64,000 bases of DNA, taken from NCBI GenBank assembly GCA_951406725.2, contig OX597822.1, positions 46,376,001 to 46,440,000 on the forward strand, read 5' to 3'. The stretch is from Octopus vulgaris. Its lineage: Eukaryota. The notes beneath the pieces are model-generated. The model had not been told where the DNA came from. It did no database searches and saw nothing but the letters and a program-made list of their open reading frames with translations. Position 1 is the stretch's first letter. Each line of letters starts with the position of its first letter. The translations under genes were made by a program, and so were the position numbers. Below are positions 30,120 through 44,061 of this stretch, one piece after another.

Positions 30120-31724
30120 GGGAATGCTTATTTATTTTCACTTCTCGATCGATCATACATGCTTTCTTATCTATCTAACTATTTTTATCTAATTTCTCTA
30201 TCTATCTAATTATTTTAACTAATTTATCCATTTCTCCTCTCGTCTATAATCAACCATCGTGTATTCGCGGTGCACCCGCCCTGCCCACCCCCACCACCAA
30301 TACCGGATATCTCTATATTTTTGCTCCATCTATACCGGATGTCGCTTCTCCCACCACCATTATAGGTGTCTACTCTTCGAACCCCCCTCTTCAATACGCT
30401 ATTTCACCATGCATTACCCCTCTCTTGATATCCTACGTTCTTCATCATTTCTCTGAACCACCCCTCCCCACTGGTGCTCCCCTATATTTCTGCACCCCCC
30501 CACATAAAAAGCACCATCCGAACGTGGCCGATGCCAGACCCCTCTGGCACCTGTGCAGGTGGCACGTAAAAAACACCCACTACACTCGCGGAGTGGTTGG
30601 CGTTAGGAAGGGCATCCAGCTGTAGAAACACTGCCAGACTAGACTGGAGCCTGGGGCAGTCCCTAGCTCCCCAGACCCCGGTCGAAACCGTCCAACCCGT
30701 GCTAGCGCGGAAAACGGACGTTAAACGATGATGATGATGATGATGTATATGTGTGTGTATATGCATCATATCTGTCCTTCTTTTTACCTACCTAGTGTAC
30801 TACTACTACTGATGATGATGATGATAACAATAATAATAATAATAATGGTTTTTGAATTAGGTACAAGGCCAGTAATTTTAAGAAGATGAGGTCAGTTGAT
30901 AACATGAACACCTGTACTCGTCTGGTAATTTATTTTATCAAATTCCATAAAAAATGAAAGGCAAAGCTGACTTTGATGGGATTAGAACTCAGGACCTAAA
31001 TAGTCATAAGTAACTATTACTAAACATTTTGTCTGATGCTCTAATGAATTCTACCAATCCACCACCTTTTGATCAATGTTCCTTATATTTGCACAACACC
31101 AAAAGTTTGTGGGTGGCTGATTATGCTGCTCTCCCGACCACACACACACACATTTCACCCCACTTAGGAATACTCCGCTACTCTGTTACTCATTTTAGTC
31201 ATTTGACTGTGGCCAAGCTGGAGCACCGCCTTTCAGTCGAACAAATCAATCCCAGGACTTATTTTTTGTCCCATTTGCTGAATCTCTAAGTTACAGGGAT
31301 GTAAACACACCAACATTGGTTGTCAAGTGATGGTGGGGGGACAAATACAGACATACACACACATATATACATATATATATATATATGATCCCTGTGCCAT
31401 CGAACATGGCCGATGCCAGCACCGCCTTGACTGGCTTCCGTGCCGGTGGCACATAAAAACCACCCACTATACTCTTGGAGTGGTTGGTGTTATGAAGGGC
31501 ATCCAGCTGTAGAAACACTGCCAGATCAGACTGGAGCCTGGTGCAGCCTCCTGGCTTCCCAGACCCCAGTTGAACTGTCCAACCCATGCCAGCATAGAAA
31601 ACGGACGTTAAACGATGATGATGGTGATGATGATGAGGAGGAGGAGGAGGAGGATTGTTGAAATTTACAGAAAAACAAAAGACAAAAACAGGTGTATAAA
31701 CAACAATATATATAAATATATTAC

Positions 31725-31922
31725 AGAGATGTACTCGCATAGCAAGTAACCTGATCTGAGATTGTGCACTGAAACAAAAACAATTGCAGCGTGGAAGGTG
31801 TTTATAAGCCATTTAAAAACATGCAAAAACCATTAGATTCACTTCAACATTTAAATTTAATTTGTCAAAATGTTTTCGTTGCTTTGAGTCCGCCACCTGT
31901 TCACTGACAAAATTCTGTGCTG
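31725..31922 (-). mobile_element. Penelope pseudo-LTR-like repeat carrying a variant hammerhead motif
   Basis: Homologous to 43920-44140. Hammerhead-like fold at 31861-31913. Confidence 0.5.
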
Positions 31923-32454
31923 CATCTCATATATATAAGTATACAACGAGCTTCTTTCAGTTTCTGTCTATCAAATCCACTCACAAGGTTTTGGTCAGCC
32001 TGAAGCTGTAATAGAAGACACTTGCCCAAGGTGCCACACAATGGGACTGAACCCAAAACTATGTGGTTGGAAAGCAAGCTTCTTACCACACAACCACGCT
32101 GCATCTATGGATACTTTATTTTAACAACTACAGAAGGATTTTAGGCAATAGTGGCCTGGCATTAAGAATATTTTGTGCTGGTGTCAAGCTGTAGAGACTG
32201 TGTCAAAGCTGACATTGGGATATGACACAGCTCTGCAGCTTATCAGATCATCCTGTCAAAGTGTCCAATCGATGCCAGCATGGAAAACAGAAGTTTGGTG
32301 GAGGTGACAATGATGATGATGATGACAGTGACAATGATGACAACAACAACAACGCTTATGGTGGTGAGGGGTGAGTGGGGTAGGTGGAGTGGTGGTGGGT
32401 GGGGAGTGTTGGTGGTGATGGTCGTCGTCGTCGTTGTCATCATCGTCGTCGGGA

Positions 32455-35160
32455 CCAGTCAGCCAGCACTGTCCCTGACCATGCTTGAATGGTGCTTTTT
32501 ACATGCCATCAGCAAGGGTGCCAATCAGGTGGTACTATCATCAACCATGACAATGACTTCACTTGACTCAACAGGCCTTTTCTCAAGCACAGTTTATTGC
32601 CCAATGATAGTAGGTTACTCTTAAATGGGCTGGTTATGCTGCACTGCCATAGGCTACAGTCATTGGTCTTCTCAAGCACAGCATATTTCCAAAGGTCTTG
32701 GTCACTTGTCATCGCCTCGGTGAGGCCCATGTTCAAAGGTCATCCTTCACCACCTCATCCCAAATCTTCATGGGTCTACCTCTTCCACAGGTTCCCTCTA
32801 CTGCTAGGGTGTAACACCTTTTCACACAGCTGTCCTCATCCATACGCAACACAAGACCAAACCAGTGCACACGTCTCTCTTCTACATCACATCTGATGCT
32901 TCTTATGTCCAACTTCTCTCTTGGGGCACTTACACTCCGTCGTGTATGCATACTGACATTTTGTAACCAGTGGAACATACTAGCTTCATTCCTTGCAAGC
33001 TTACTCATGTCCTCAGCAGTCATGGTCCATGTTTCACTGCCATGTAGCATGGCTGTTCACACACACACACACACATCATACAGTCTACCTTTTACTCTGA
33101 GCAAGAGGCCCTTTGTCACCAGCAGAGTTTGGAGCTCCCTGAACTTTTCCCAGGTTATTCTTATTCTAGCAGCTACACTCTCAGAGCAGCCACCCCAGCT
33201 ACTGATTTGGTCACCTAGGTAACAGAAGCTATCAACTACTTCTAGTTTTTCCTCCTGGAATGTGAAGGAGGCTGTTTTCTGCATGTTTCCAGTGTTTGTT
33301 GCCCCTGAGCATTTGCCACACAAAAAATCTATCTTCCCAGTTAGCCTTCCTTTGATATTGCCGCACCTCTTATGTCTCCATAGCTTACACTGGGTACATC
33401 TTATGGAGTTTCTACCTACGCCTTTTCTACATATTCAGCAGGGCCATCTACCTGATAGGATTTGTGGTTTGTCTGCCTTCCTACTTATTAAGACTTTGGT
33501 TTTTGCTAAATTGACTCTAAGCCCTTTGATTCTAGATCTTGCTTCTACACCTGAAACTGCTCTAGTTCTGGTAGTGACTCGGCTATTTAAGCAAGGTCAT
33601 CAGTATAGCGAAGCTCCCAGAGGCATCCTGTCTTGAATTCCTCTGTTATTGCCTGGAGGACTATAATGAATAAGAGGAGGCTGAGGACTGATCCTTGGTG
33701 GACCCCTACTTTTGCCAGGAATTCTTCACTGTACTCATTGCCAACCCTCACCTTACTGACAGCATCCCTGTGCATGGCTTGTACAGCTCTCACTAACCAC
33801 TCTTCTATCCCTAGTTTCCGCATTGACCACCAGGGAAGGGACTGGGGGACCCTGTCAAAGGTTTTTCCCATGTCAACAAAAGCCAGGTACAGAGGTTTAT
33901 CTTTGGTTAGGTATTTCCTCTGCAGCTGTCTTGCCAGAAATATAGTATCAGTGGTGCTTTTCCCTGGCACGAACCCAAACTGCATCTCATCTAGACTGAT
34001 TCTTACCATAATTAGTTGGGCTATGACCCTCTCCATTACTTTCATTACCTGTTCCAAAAACTTGATACTTCTGTAAGTATTTGTATCTAATGCGTCACCT
34101 TTACCTTTGTAGCAATTGACTATGGTGCTGCTACACCAGTCATTGGGTATGACTCCTTCATGTATCACCTGATTGTTATAGGGGTGACTAGACTATAGCC
34201 GACACCGCCAGATATTTTAAGCATCTCTGTGGTGATTCCTGATGGGCCGGGGGCTTTCCCTGTCTTCATACCCTTAATTTCTTTATCTACCAAGGTACTG
34301 TCAATTCAGATAGCTGGTCCTTCAGTTGGGTCGACATTCAGCAGACTCTCTTTCTTCCATTCATTTTCTTCATTTAGCAACCTTTTATAGTAGCATCTCC
34401 AAGTCTCTCTCTTTGCAGTCTCATTAAATGCAAGTGAGCCATCATTCATATGGACACATTTTTCTCCTATGACATCATGATTCTCTCTCACACGCTGTCT
34501 TGCAACACAAAACACTTCAAGTCTTTGGTCCTCATGACGCAGAACATTGGTAAATTTTTTCTTATCTGCTTCCCCTCTGGCTAAGTAAACCTGTCTCCTA
34601 GCTTCCCTTCAGACAATCTGATTCAATTCTCTGCTACCACTGTTCTTCCAGTCCTTCCATGCCTGTTTCTTTTCCCTAATGGCCCTGTCAACTACATTGT
34701 TCCACCACCACGTTACCTTGGTTCAAGAAGGGACTTTGCACCATCCACAGATCTGATCAGTAGCCCTCAGCAGGTTGTCCCATAGAAACCTCCAGTTGTC
34801 TTCCACATCATGTGATGCTATACCCCCCTCTATTTTGTCAAAAGCTCCAAGTAATGCATCTCTAAATCTCTGTCCATTTGCAGGATCCTTAAGCTTCCAG
34901 ACTCTTCTTTTCCATGCTGGCCGTCTTCTGGGCATCCATTTATCCCTGATCGTGAAGTTGCTAAGTACTAATCTATGTTGTGGGGTGCATTCTTCACCTG
35001 GGAAGGTTTTAGCATTTATAAGTAGCCATCTTTCCTGTTTCCAGGCGAGGATGTAATCAATTTGACTAGTGTGTCCACTAGATCGGTAGGTGAATAGGTG
35101 GCTGGCAAGTTTCCTGACGTTAGTATTACAAACCATAATATCATTTGCATTGCAGAACTA
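32455..35160 (-). mobile_element. Long decayed RTE LINE (EN end plus RT)
   Basis: SQIDYIL (APE), KGKGDALD..YRSIKFL, QFGFVPGKST, GVHQGSVLS, YTDDL, MLHGSETW. Confidence 0.9.
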
Positions 35161-36996
35161 GTAGTAGTAGCAGAAAAGCAGAAAGAGGATACACAGCATA
35201 TCTCTGAGCCAGCAGCTGGAGCATGTTATGTGTAACTTAATATCAATCAGCTAGAGATAAGTGGATGGCCACAGTGTCCTTCATGTCTCCCTGAGCCCTG
35301 TTCACACTCCACAATTCTTGCTATTCCACCTTCCTTCCCTCTGAATCAATCTGGTAGTTTCTTGCACACAGTCCGCCAGGTCTAGTCTTCACATGCATAG
35401 GTAGACAAACTCTATTCACTGAAGGTTTGAGGCGCTATAGCTAACCTCACCATGGTTTAGCCGGAGTGTGGCCACTGTTGCATGCTAACAGCTTCAAGGA
35501 GCCACAAGTGAGAGCTGAGTGTCAAGTGAGGACCAAAGTAGACAAACTACTCCTAAGAGCACTACATCTTTCCTCACCAGAGGTAACACTTCACCCAGAC
35601 ACCCCATATACCTAAGTCTTTCTCTGGATGTGGTCTAAGGTGCTTGTGTTTATATTAGCAACACTGTCCCAGATTTAGGTGTATTATGCCATGGTGGGTC
35701 TCCACTGAGTTTTGTACAAAATCAATAATTATTGGAGTTTGAAGTATTTTCTGAGGATCTCACTGAGGTGAATGCAATTTGCCTCGGTGTGATCCTCTGA
35801 TAATAAAGCAGTCCCAATATCTTTTGTTGTATACCGCTTTAAATGGGAAGCTTCTTGTCAGTGCTTCTGAGGTCTTTGTTCATGAAATCAGTGTTACATG
35901 GCATCAGGTGTCTTGGTCGTTTGTAAATGTTTTTAGGTTGCATGTAATGTTTCTTGTAAATGATGACAGAGAAGAATGAAGAGTGGTATCATCTGCATGA
36001 AAAGATGCATTGTTAAACATGACGGCAGGTTGATTGTTGATGTATTAAAAGGAGACAGTGAGAAAAACTGAAGGACCGCTGCAATAAGTATGTGAATCTG
36101 AGAGGGAAATATGTTGAATAAAATCATAATTAACTGATTCTCCTATATTTTCTTTTACCCAAAGCCAGGAACTTTTCAGAACTCCTTTGTCCAGGTACAT
36201 TTGTATAAACTGTGACCATGCTGGAGCACTGCCTTGAAGAATTTTTACATTTTTAGTTTGATGAATTGACCCCAGGACATTTTTTTAAAGATTGGTACTT
36301 ATTCTAATGGTCTCTTTTGCCAAGCTGCTAAGTTACAGGGACACCAACACTGGTTGTCAAGCAGTGGTGAGTGACAAACACAAATAAATACACATATATA
36401 CACACTCACATGCAAGCACACACACACGCGTGCGCGCATGCACATACACATACACACACATGCACTCACACACATATAAATATATATAGCCCAAGGCTAT
36501 AGTAGAAGATATTTGCTGAAGATGTCATGCAGTGTGACAGAACGCAGCACCATATATGGTTAGGAAGCAAAGTTCTTACCCAACAGCCACATCTGCAGTT
36601 GTCAGCTTGCAGTTATTGAAGAATTATGATGACATCAACCTCACCTGACTCAAAAGGACTGCAAAGACCATGGACACAGGCCATGGACACAAGCCAAGGA
36701 CACAGCCTTTTTCTTTCCAGTCCAAGCCATTAAAGGAAAGAAGCAAACAAACAAATAAAACTCTACTGATCCTGCCATCTTACCCCCACCATTCAACTAT
36801 ATGAGCATGTATATGGTTGAAAGAGCTTTTAGAAATAGCAGCCAAATTTGCCTCAAATTTCAATCTTACTATCTTAAAACAGGAAGAACACACTGAACTA
36901 TAACAGTTCCTGATGTAAATAAAGAAGGGATTGCTAGTGCTGGAATGCCTTTAATCATAGGTTTGTCTTCTCAACTAGGGACAGCATCGCCTAAAC

Positions 36997-37282
36997 CAGT
37001 GCTACTCTAAATGGTGGTCTGTGAACCAGTGCCGGTCCACAAACTATCAGCTGCTGGTATGCGGTGAGTTTCCAGAAAAGAAAGAAATGTTATAAAATGC
37101 TTATGAAATATTGTATTATTTGTTTACAAAATAAATATAAGATAAAAAAGTATCAACTTTTATGATATTCATTATATATACTGTTTTCAGTATAAATTAA
37201 TATTACTAAAAAATATTACCGGTTCCTGGCACATTGGAAAAAAACTGCTGGTAAGCCACATCAGATAGTTTGAGAAGCACTG
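36997..37282. mobile_element. hAT (Charlie/Buster-type) MITE
   Basis: TIRs CAGTGCTACTCTAAA / TTTGAGAAGCACTG with a perfect 8-bp TSD GCCTAAAC. Confidence 0.85.
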
Positions 37283-37464
37283 GCCTAAACAACAACAACA
37301 ACAACAGCATATTATAAAAAAAATAATGTAAACCATAGAGGTTTCTAACCTTAGCAACAAGAACTGAAATAGTTTTTGCAGAAGAAGGATAAGTCTTTGG
37401 AGTAGTTTTGAGACAGGTGAGCTGACAATAGTAGAAAGTTGAATAAAATCCTTTGTAGTACAGG

Positions 37465-39180
37465 TACAACTTGTCCCTGGTATTTAACAGGTACTTCATT
37501 TTGTTGACTTCAGAGGAATGAAAGGCAAATTTAACCTCCACAGCATTTGAACTCAGAACATAAAGAGCCAAAAGAAATACTGGTTGCAAATTTTGGTACC
37601 TGGCCAGCAATTTCAGGGGTAAGTCAATTATATCGACCCCAATGTTCAACTGGTACTTATTTTATTGACCCCAAAAAGATGAAAAGCAAAGTCAACCTTG
37701 GTGGAATTTGAACTCAGAACACAAATACAGACAAAATGCCTTTAAGTATTTTGGCTGGAGTGGTAACAGTTCTGCCAACTTGCTGGGTAAATTTCCTCAA
37801 ATATTCCTTTCTACTCTAGGCACACAGCCTGAAATTTTTGGGGAGGGGGGGCAGTCGATTAGATCGACACCAGTATGCAACTGGTACCTAATTTATCGAC
37901 CCTGAAAGGATGAAAGGTAAAGTTGACCTTGGCGGAATTTGAACTCAGAACGTAAAGACAGACAAAATGTCACTAAGCATTTTGCCCAGCATGCTAACAA
38001 TCCTGCCAGTTCACCAGCTAAGCTGCCAAGTTTCCTCAAATATCAACCAGACAGGACCTATTCCTACCATCATTTTAGTCCCATTTTTGCCCTACATTTT
38101 GACACAAGGCCAGCAATTTCAGGGGAGTGGATAAGTCTATTACATCAACCCCAGTACACAACTGGTACTTAATTTATCGACCCCAAAAGGATGAAAGGCA
38201 AAGTCAACCTTGGCGGAATTTGAGCTCAGAATGTAAAGTCAAGATTCTGTCATCTTGCTGCTTTAAGCCAAAGGAAATATGAATTTCAGATTTTGGTATG
38301 AGTCCAGTTTCAGGGAAGGGGGCCACATCAGTTACAGTGATCCCAGTGCTTGACAGGTAACTATTTTATTGACTTGGAAAGGGATGAAAGGCAAAGTTCA
38401 CATTGGCAGAATTTGAACTAAGAAAGTAAAGAAGGATAAAATGCCACTAAGCATTTTGGCCAGCATTCTGCTAGTTCACTGCCTTATGCCAAAAGAAATA
38501 TTGCTTTCAAATTTTGGCTTGAGGCCATCGATTTTAGGGGAAGTGGGAAAGTCAATTACATCTACCCCAGTGTTCAAACAGGTATTTATTTTATTGACCC
38601 CAGAAGGATGAAAGTCAAATCCAACTTTGGCGGAATTTGAATTCAGAATGTAAAGACAGATGAAATAGTGCTAAGCATTTCACCTGGCATGCTAACATTT
38701 CTGCCAGCTTGCCACCTTGAACCAAAAGGAACATTCTTTTCCTACTCTAGGCACAAGGTCCAAAATTCTTGGAGAGGGGACCAGTTAGATTAACTCCAGT
38801 ATGCAACTGGTACTTAATTTATTGACTCCAAAAGGATGAAAGGCTATGTCAACCTTCATTGAATTTGAACTCAGAATGTAAAGACAGATGGAATGTTGCT
38901 AAGCATTTCGCCTGGCATGCTAATATTTCTGCCAGCTCGCTGCCTTAAGCCAAAACAAATATTCGTTTCTATTCTAGGCACAAGGCCTGAAACTTTTTTG
39001 GGGAGGGAACCAGTCGATTAGATAGACCTCAGTACGCAACTGGTACTTAATTTATTGACCCCAAAAGGATGAAAGACAAAGTCGACCTTGGTGGAATTTG
39101 AACTCAGAACGTAAAGACAGACAAAATGTTGCTAAACATTTCGCCCGGCATGCTAACATTTCTGCCAGCTCACTGCCTTA
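37465..39180 (-). repeat. Head-to-tail cluster of about 8 Meta-like SINE copies
   Basis: Recurrent aaaggatgaaaggcaaagtcgacc..ggaatttgaactcagaa about every 190-270 bp. Confidence 0.8.
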
Positions 39181-40604
39181 ATATAAAACCCCTAGTCAAG
39201 CTTGATTGAACAAACAGTCTTGAACACAAAAGGCCACTTAAGAAATATTGCAAAGCTTTTTGTTCTCCGCTCTAACAATTTTGCCAATTCACCAACCTTA
39301 CTAAATCAGACTAATAATAGTTTCCAAATTTGTTTAAAAAATTGTTAAAAAAAGACTGATTTCAAGAAGACAATACATCTTTATTAGAAAAGAAAGTTTA
39401 TTCTCTCATTAAATATAAATGCACTGTTATTTATTCTGTTATTGAAAATAAACTATTATTAATGTGGGAATTACAACACAAGTGTTCTCGCCATACCTCC
39501 TGCCTGAAATTTTTCTGTCAATCATGCTTACACTACTTTCATTGTTTAAATATTTCTTTTTAGTTTCTCAAACAATAACCATTTCAGGTTCCAGAACCTT
39601 TTGCTGTTTGTGTGATTCAGGTAAATAACAGCATTTCTACTAATCTACAATTTTCATTCAATTTGTACTTTGTTACCAACCTCGAAAGAAGGAAAGACAA
39701 AGTTGATTTCATCAATTACTAAAAGCAGAGCATTGGAAAGTGTGACTTGTTTACATATAAATAATAATAATGAAATTATTGTATACAGTGCTCAGGTGCA
39801 CCACAACTTGTTAGACAGTGCGTATAAAGTATATGCAGTAATGTACAAATGTCTGGAAAATGAATAATGTATGAGTCAGATACATGCTTGTGTGTGTATG
39901 GAGTGGAGAAAATCAGGTGTAGTGTTGGTGAATCTCAGAAAGCATGGAAGTTTTGAAGGATGCAGTGCTCCGGCAACTAACAACTGATACTGGCAGTTTG
40001 TTCCTTGCTTCAGCAACTCTCAGTGTGAAAAAATGTTTCCGAAAGTCATGGGAGCTGTGCTGTTTTCTGACTTGGTAAATATGTTAAAGTTGTTTAACTG
40101 TTGAGCATTTAACTGGCCATATCCAGCTAGAATATTCTACTTGCTTTAAACTCAAACTGGCTACATCCAGCCTCTCACACCTACCTTATAATGTTTTTCT
40201 AAAAGTAAACAATCACATCATTGAAATCTCAAAGCTATGAGGTAATGCATGATTAATTCAAAACTATCATATGTGAATAAATAAGCGTTACGTTTGACTG
40301 AGTAATTTGAATGCTTAAGGGTTGATGTGTAACACTTGAATACATTTCAATCACAAAAATCTGACAATATCACCTTAAAAACAAATGACACATTGAATAA
40401 TGTAGTCATATATCCATTATATTTGAGAAAAAGAAAGGTCACAGCTTGAGCTTTTTTCATTCTCCATAGGGGTCTGCTCAGTTAGGGCTGACCTGGATAC
40501 ACACAAAAATACATTATTTGGTGTCCTTAAATTTTGTAATTTTCTTCGTTTTTTTCTTTGTTTTATTTCTTTTTTCTTTCTATTTTTCTTTCATGGTGTT
40601 TCTA

Positions 40605-41010
40605 TACTCTTTTACTCTTTTACTTGTTTCAGTCATTTGACTGCAGCCATACTGGAGCACCTCCTTTAGTTGAGGAAATCGACCCCAGGACTTATTCTTT
40701 GTAAGCCTAGTTCTTATTCTATCAGCCTTTTTTGCCAAACCGCTAAGTTAGGGGGTGTAAACACACCAGGATTGGTTGTCAAGCGATGTTGGGTGGGGAC
40801 ACAAACACACACACACATATATATATATACATATACATAGATATAACGGGCTTCTTTCAGTTTCCATCTACCAAATCCACTCACAAGGCTTTGGTCGGCC
40901 CGAGGCTATAGTAGAAGACACTTGCCCAAGGTGCCATGCAGTGGGACTGAACCCGGAACCATGTGGTTGGTAAGCAAGCTACATACCACACAGCCACTCC
41001 TGTGCCTATA
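40605..41010 (-). mobile_element. Full-length SINE family 2
   Basis: Complete head-to-tail match to the copy at 22270-22712. Confidence 0.8.
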
Positions 41011-41164
41011 GTTGATAAAAAAAAAAAAAACTATTTGACATGATTACAACATTTTAGAAAAGAGTTGGAGAGAGGATGTGGAGGTGAATTGTAAGCATGC
41101 CAAGATAAATGTTTATGTCCGAACATTAGAATCTGGACTAAACTGGAACATAAATAGCAACACT

Positions 41165-42238
41165 GTTGCCAACCATCATTACCTTGGTTGTTATGCTAAT
41201 CATACTCATCACAACCACCACCACCACCACCACCACTACCACCACCACCATCATCACCATCATCATCACCATCATTGTTGTCGTTATCTTTGTCATTGTA
41301 GCTGTTGTTGTCATCATTATCATCATCATCATCATCATTGTGATCATTATCTTCCTTGTCATGTTTATTGTCATCATTATCAGCATCAGCAAAAGCAACA
41401 GCATCAACATTTCATAACCACTATGACCTCCACCACTGTCACCATCATCAGTGATTTCATCATCATCATCTTCCTCATAACCACTGTCATCTCCATCATT
41501 ATTGTTATCACAGTCTTCACCATCCTCCACTTCATTATCATTCTTATCATCATTATCACCTTCATCATCATAATCATCATCACCACCACCATGACCACCG
41601 CTGCTGCCACCGCCACTGCCGCCATCACAATCAACATCATCATCGTCGCCGTTGTCGTCGTCATCATCATCATCATCATCATTGTCATCATCTGCATCAT
41701 TTTTGTTGTTATAATCAATATCAGTGTCATCACAAAGAGCAAAAGCAAACGGCACCACAACCATCTTCGTCATGCAGCCAGCAAGAGTGAACCTCTGTAG
41801 GATTTCCTGTCCCACTAGAAATAGCAGTTAAACCTCCCACAAGTTACATACTGTTGTCTTAAAAAGAAAGAAGTAATGACAGATTGAATAATGTAGTTTT
41901 AAATACATTCTATTTGAATAAAAGAAGATGAAATGGTCATAGATTGAACCACTCTGGTCATAAATCTCTACAATCAAAGCTGATTTGGTCAAGACGAACA
42001 AAGACGATTAGAAAAATATCAGCAGCAGCAACAATTGCAGCAGCAGAGTCACCATCATTATCATCAACATAACCACCACCATCACCATCATCTCACTGTT
42101 GTCCTCCTTATTGTAGCCATCATCATCATCATCATCGTCGTCGTCGTCATCGTCGTCGTCGTCGTCGTCATCATCATCATCATCATCATCACCACCACCA
42201 CCACCACCACCACCACCACCACCACCACCACCACCACC

Positions 42239-42318
<80 letters not shown>

Positions 42319-42325
42319 CATCATT
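41165..42325. repeat. Degenerate (CAT/CAC/CGT)n trinucleotide tracts
   Basis: Directly visible at 41165-41760 and 42020-42325. Confidence 0.9.
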
Positions 42326-42916
42326 TCCTGATCTATTTTACCCTCCATACTAACCAGCAATAACATGGTATAGAAATGCTAACGCTTCGGCATCCAGCAG
42401 CTGAACTGGCAGAAGCCCACGAGATTATCAATAATCTTTCCATCAACGATTTTGGCCCCTTTTTTTTTTCAAATTCAGTACCACCTGTAGACATGCTTAT
42501 AAAATTTTTAAAAATACAATGCAGTACCCATAACTTTCAGGAACATTTTATCATACCCAGAATTGATAAAGCATAGAATAAACTACCAACATCAGTTGTT
42601 AGCCATCCTTTAAAAGATCCATGCTTCCCGAAACTCACCAACACAACTCCTAGCATAGACATACCTACTCAAGTGTATTCCCCTCTTGACTTGGTTTCCT
42701 CATAACTTTCAGAAGATTTTTTAATTAAAATTTTCAACAACTTTCAGGTGATTATATCGAAATTTAATATGAAAAGGAAAATTGGTGGGTATACATGGAT
42801 GTATACTGACATACGTCACATATATAGCACCTAGGACAAGTGTCTTCTACTATAGCCTTGAGTTGACCAGAGCCTTGTGAGTGAATTTGGTTAATGGAAA
42901 CTGAAAGAAGCCTGTC

Positions 42917-42977
<61 letters not shown>

Positions 42978-43096
42978 GGGGGAGAATTCACAAAAAAAAC
43001 AAAAATGTTTCGAGCCTTTGCTCTTCCACAGAAAGGAACACAGAAAGAAACAGGGAGAGAAAATAAGAATGTGTAGTGGCTAGTGATCTATCATGG

Positions 43097-43135
<39 letters not shown>

Positions 43136-44005
43136 AGGGTATGAAAGGTACTGGTGTCAGGAAGACCCAAAAAGTATTGGGTAAACGCTAAGTAAGTGCT
43201 ATGGATAGACCATGGTTAAGCTCCAGGCTATATAATGATACAAGTAAGGAGTCCAACGTGGGTCATGTATTAGCATGCATATATATGCCTTGGTTTTTTT
43301 TTTTAATCTCATTCTGTCAATTTATGTGTGTGTGTGTTTTTGGTGCAAATGGTTTTGTTATACAGTGCCGTGTTTTACAATCGTGTGAATAATAATAATG
43401 GTATTTATATAAGCTTAAAGCTTATGGTGAACCCTGTACAATGACTAGGGAAAATAGTCTAATAAAGGGGCATATAAGCCCTTGACAGAAAAAAGTAGGC
43501 TTTCCTATCTGTGTGGGACTCGAACACACATCCCTTTGTAAATGTGACCAAATGTGTTACCTTTATATATGTATTTATTTATTTATGTCTGTGTGTCTTT
43601 GTGTCTGTGTTTGTCCCACCATCACCACTTCACAGCCAATGTTGGTGTGTTTAGTTCCCCTGTAACATAGCGGTTTGGCAAAAGTGACCAATAGATGAAG
43701 TACTAGGCTTACAAAGAATAAGTCCTGGGGTCGACTGCTTCAACTAAAAACCCTTTAAGGCCGTGCTCCAGCATGGCCGCAGTCAAAATGACTGAAACAA
43801 GTAAAAGAATAAAAGAATATATCTACAAAATGAAATTTGAAATTTTGAAAAAAATTGTGTGATGTCAGTTTGTATGTGTATGCGTCCATGAACCTTTTTT
43901 TGATATCTCTATTCACATTACGGAGATGTACTTGCATAGCAAGTAACCTGATCTGCGATCGTTTTCTGGAACAAAAGCAATTGCAGCGTGGAAGGTGTTT
44001 CACGG

Positions 44006-44061
44006 AATTTTGTCAGTGAACAGGTCGCGGTCTCAAAGCGACGAAAATATTTTGGCAAATT
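44006..44061 (+). ncRNA. Candidate minimal hammerhead ribozyme, G3-C8 variant
   Basis: tttgtca-GTGAACA-g-gtcgc..gcgac-GAAA-atat-TT-tggcaaa: stems I, II and a palindromic stem III around a hammerhead-like core. Confidence 0.55.

Noticed and set aside
41078-42366. His-rich, Asp-rich and poly-Met/Val ORFs
   Set aside because: Degenerate CAT/CAC trinucleotide tracts open in several frames, with no splice or codon evidence.
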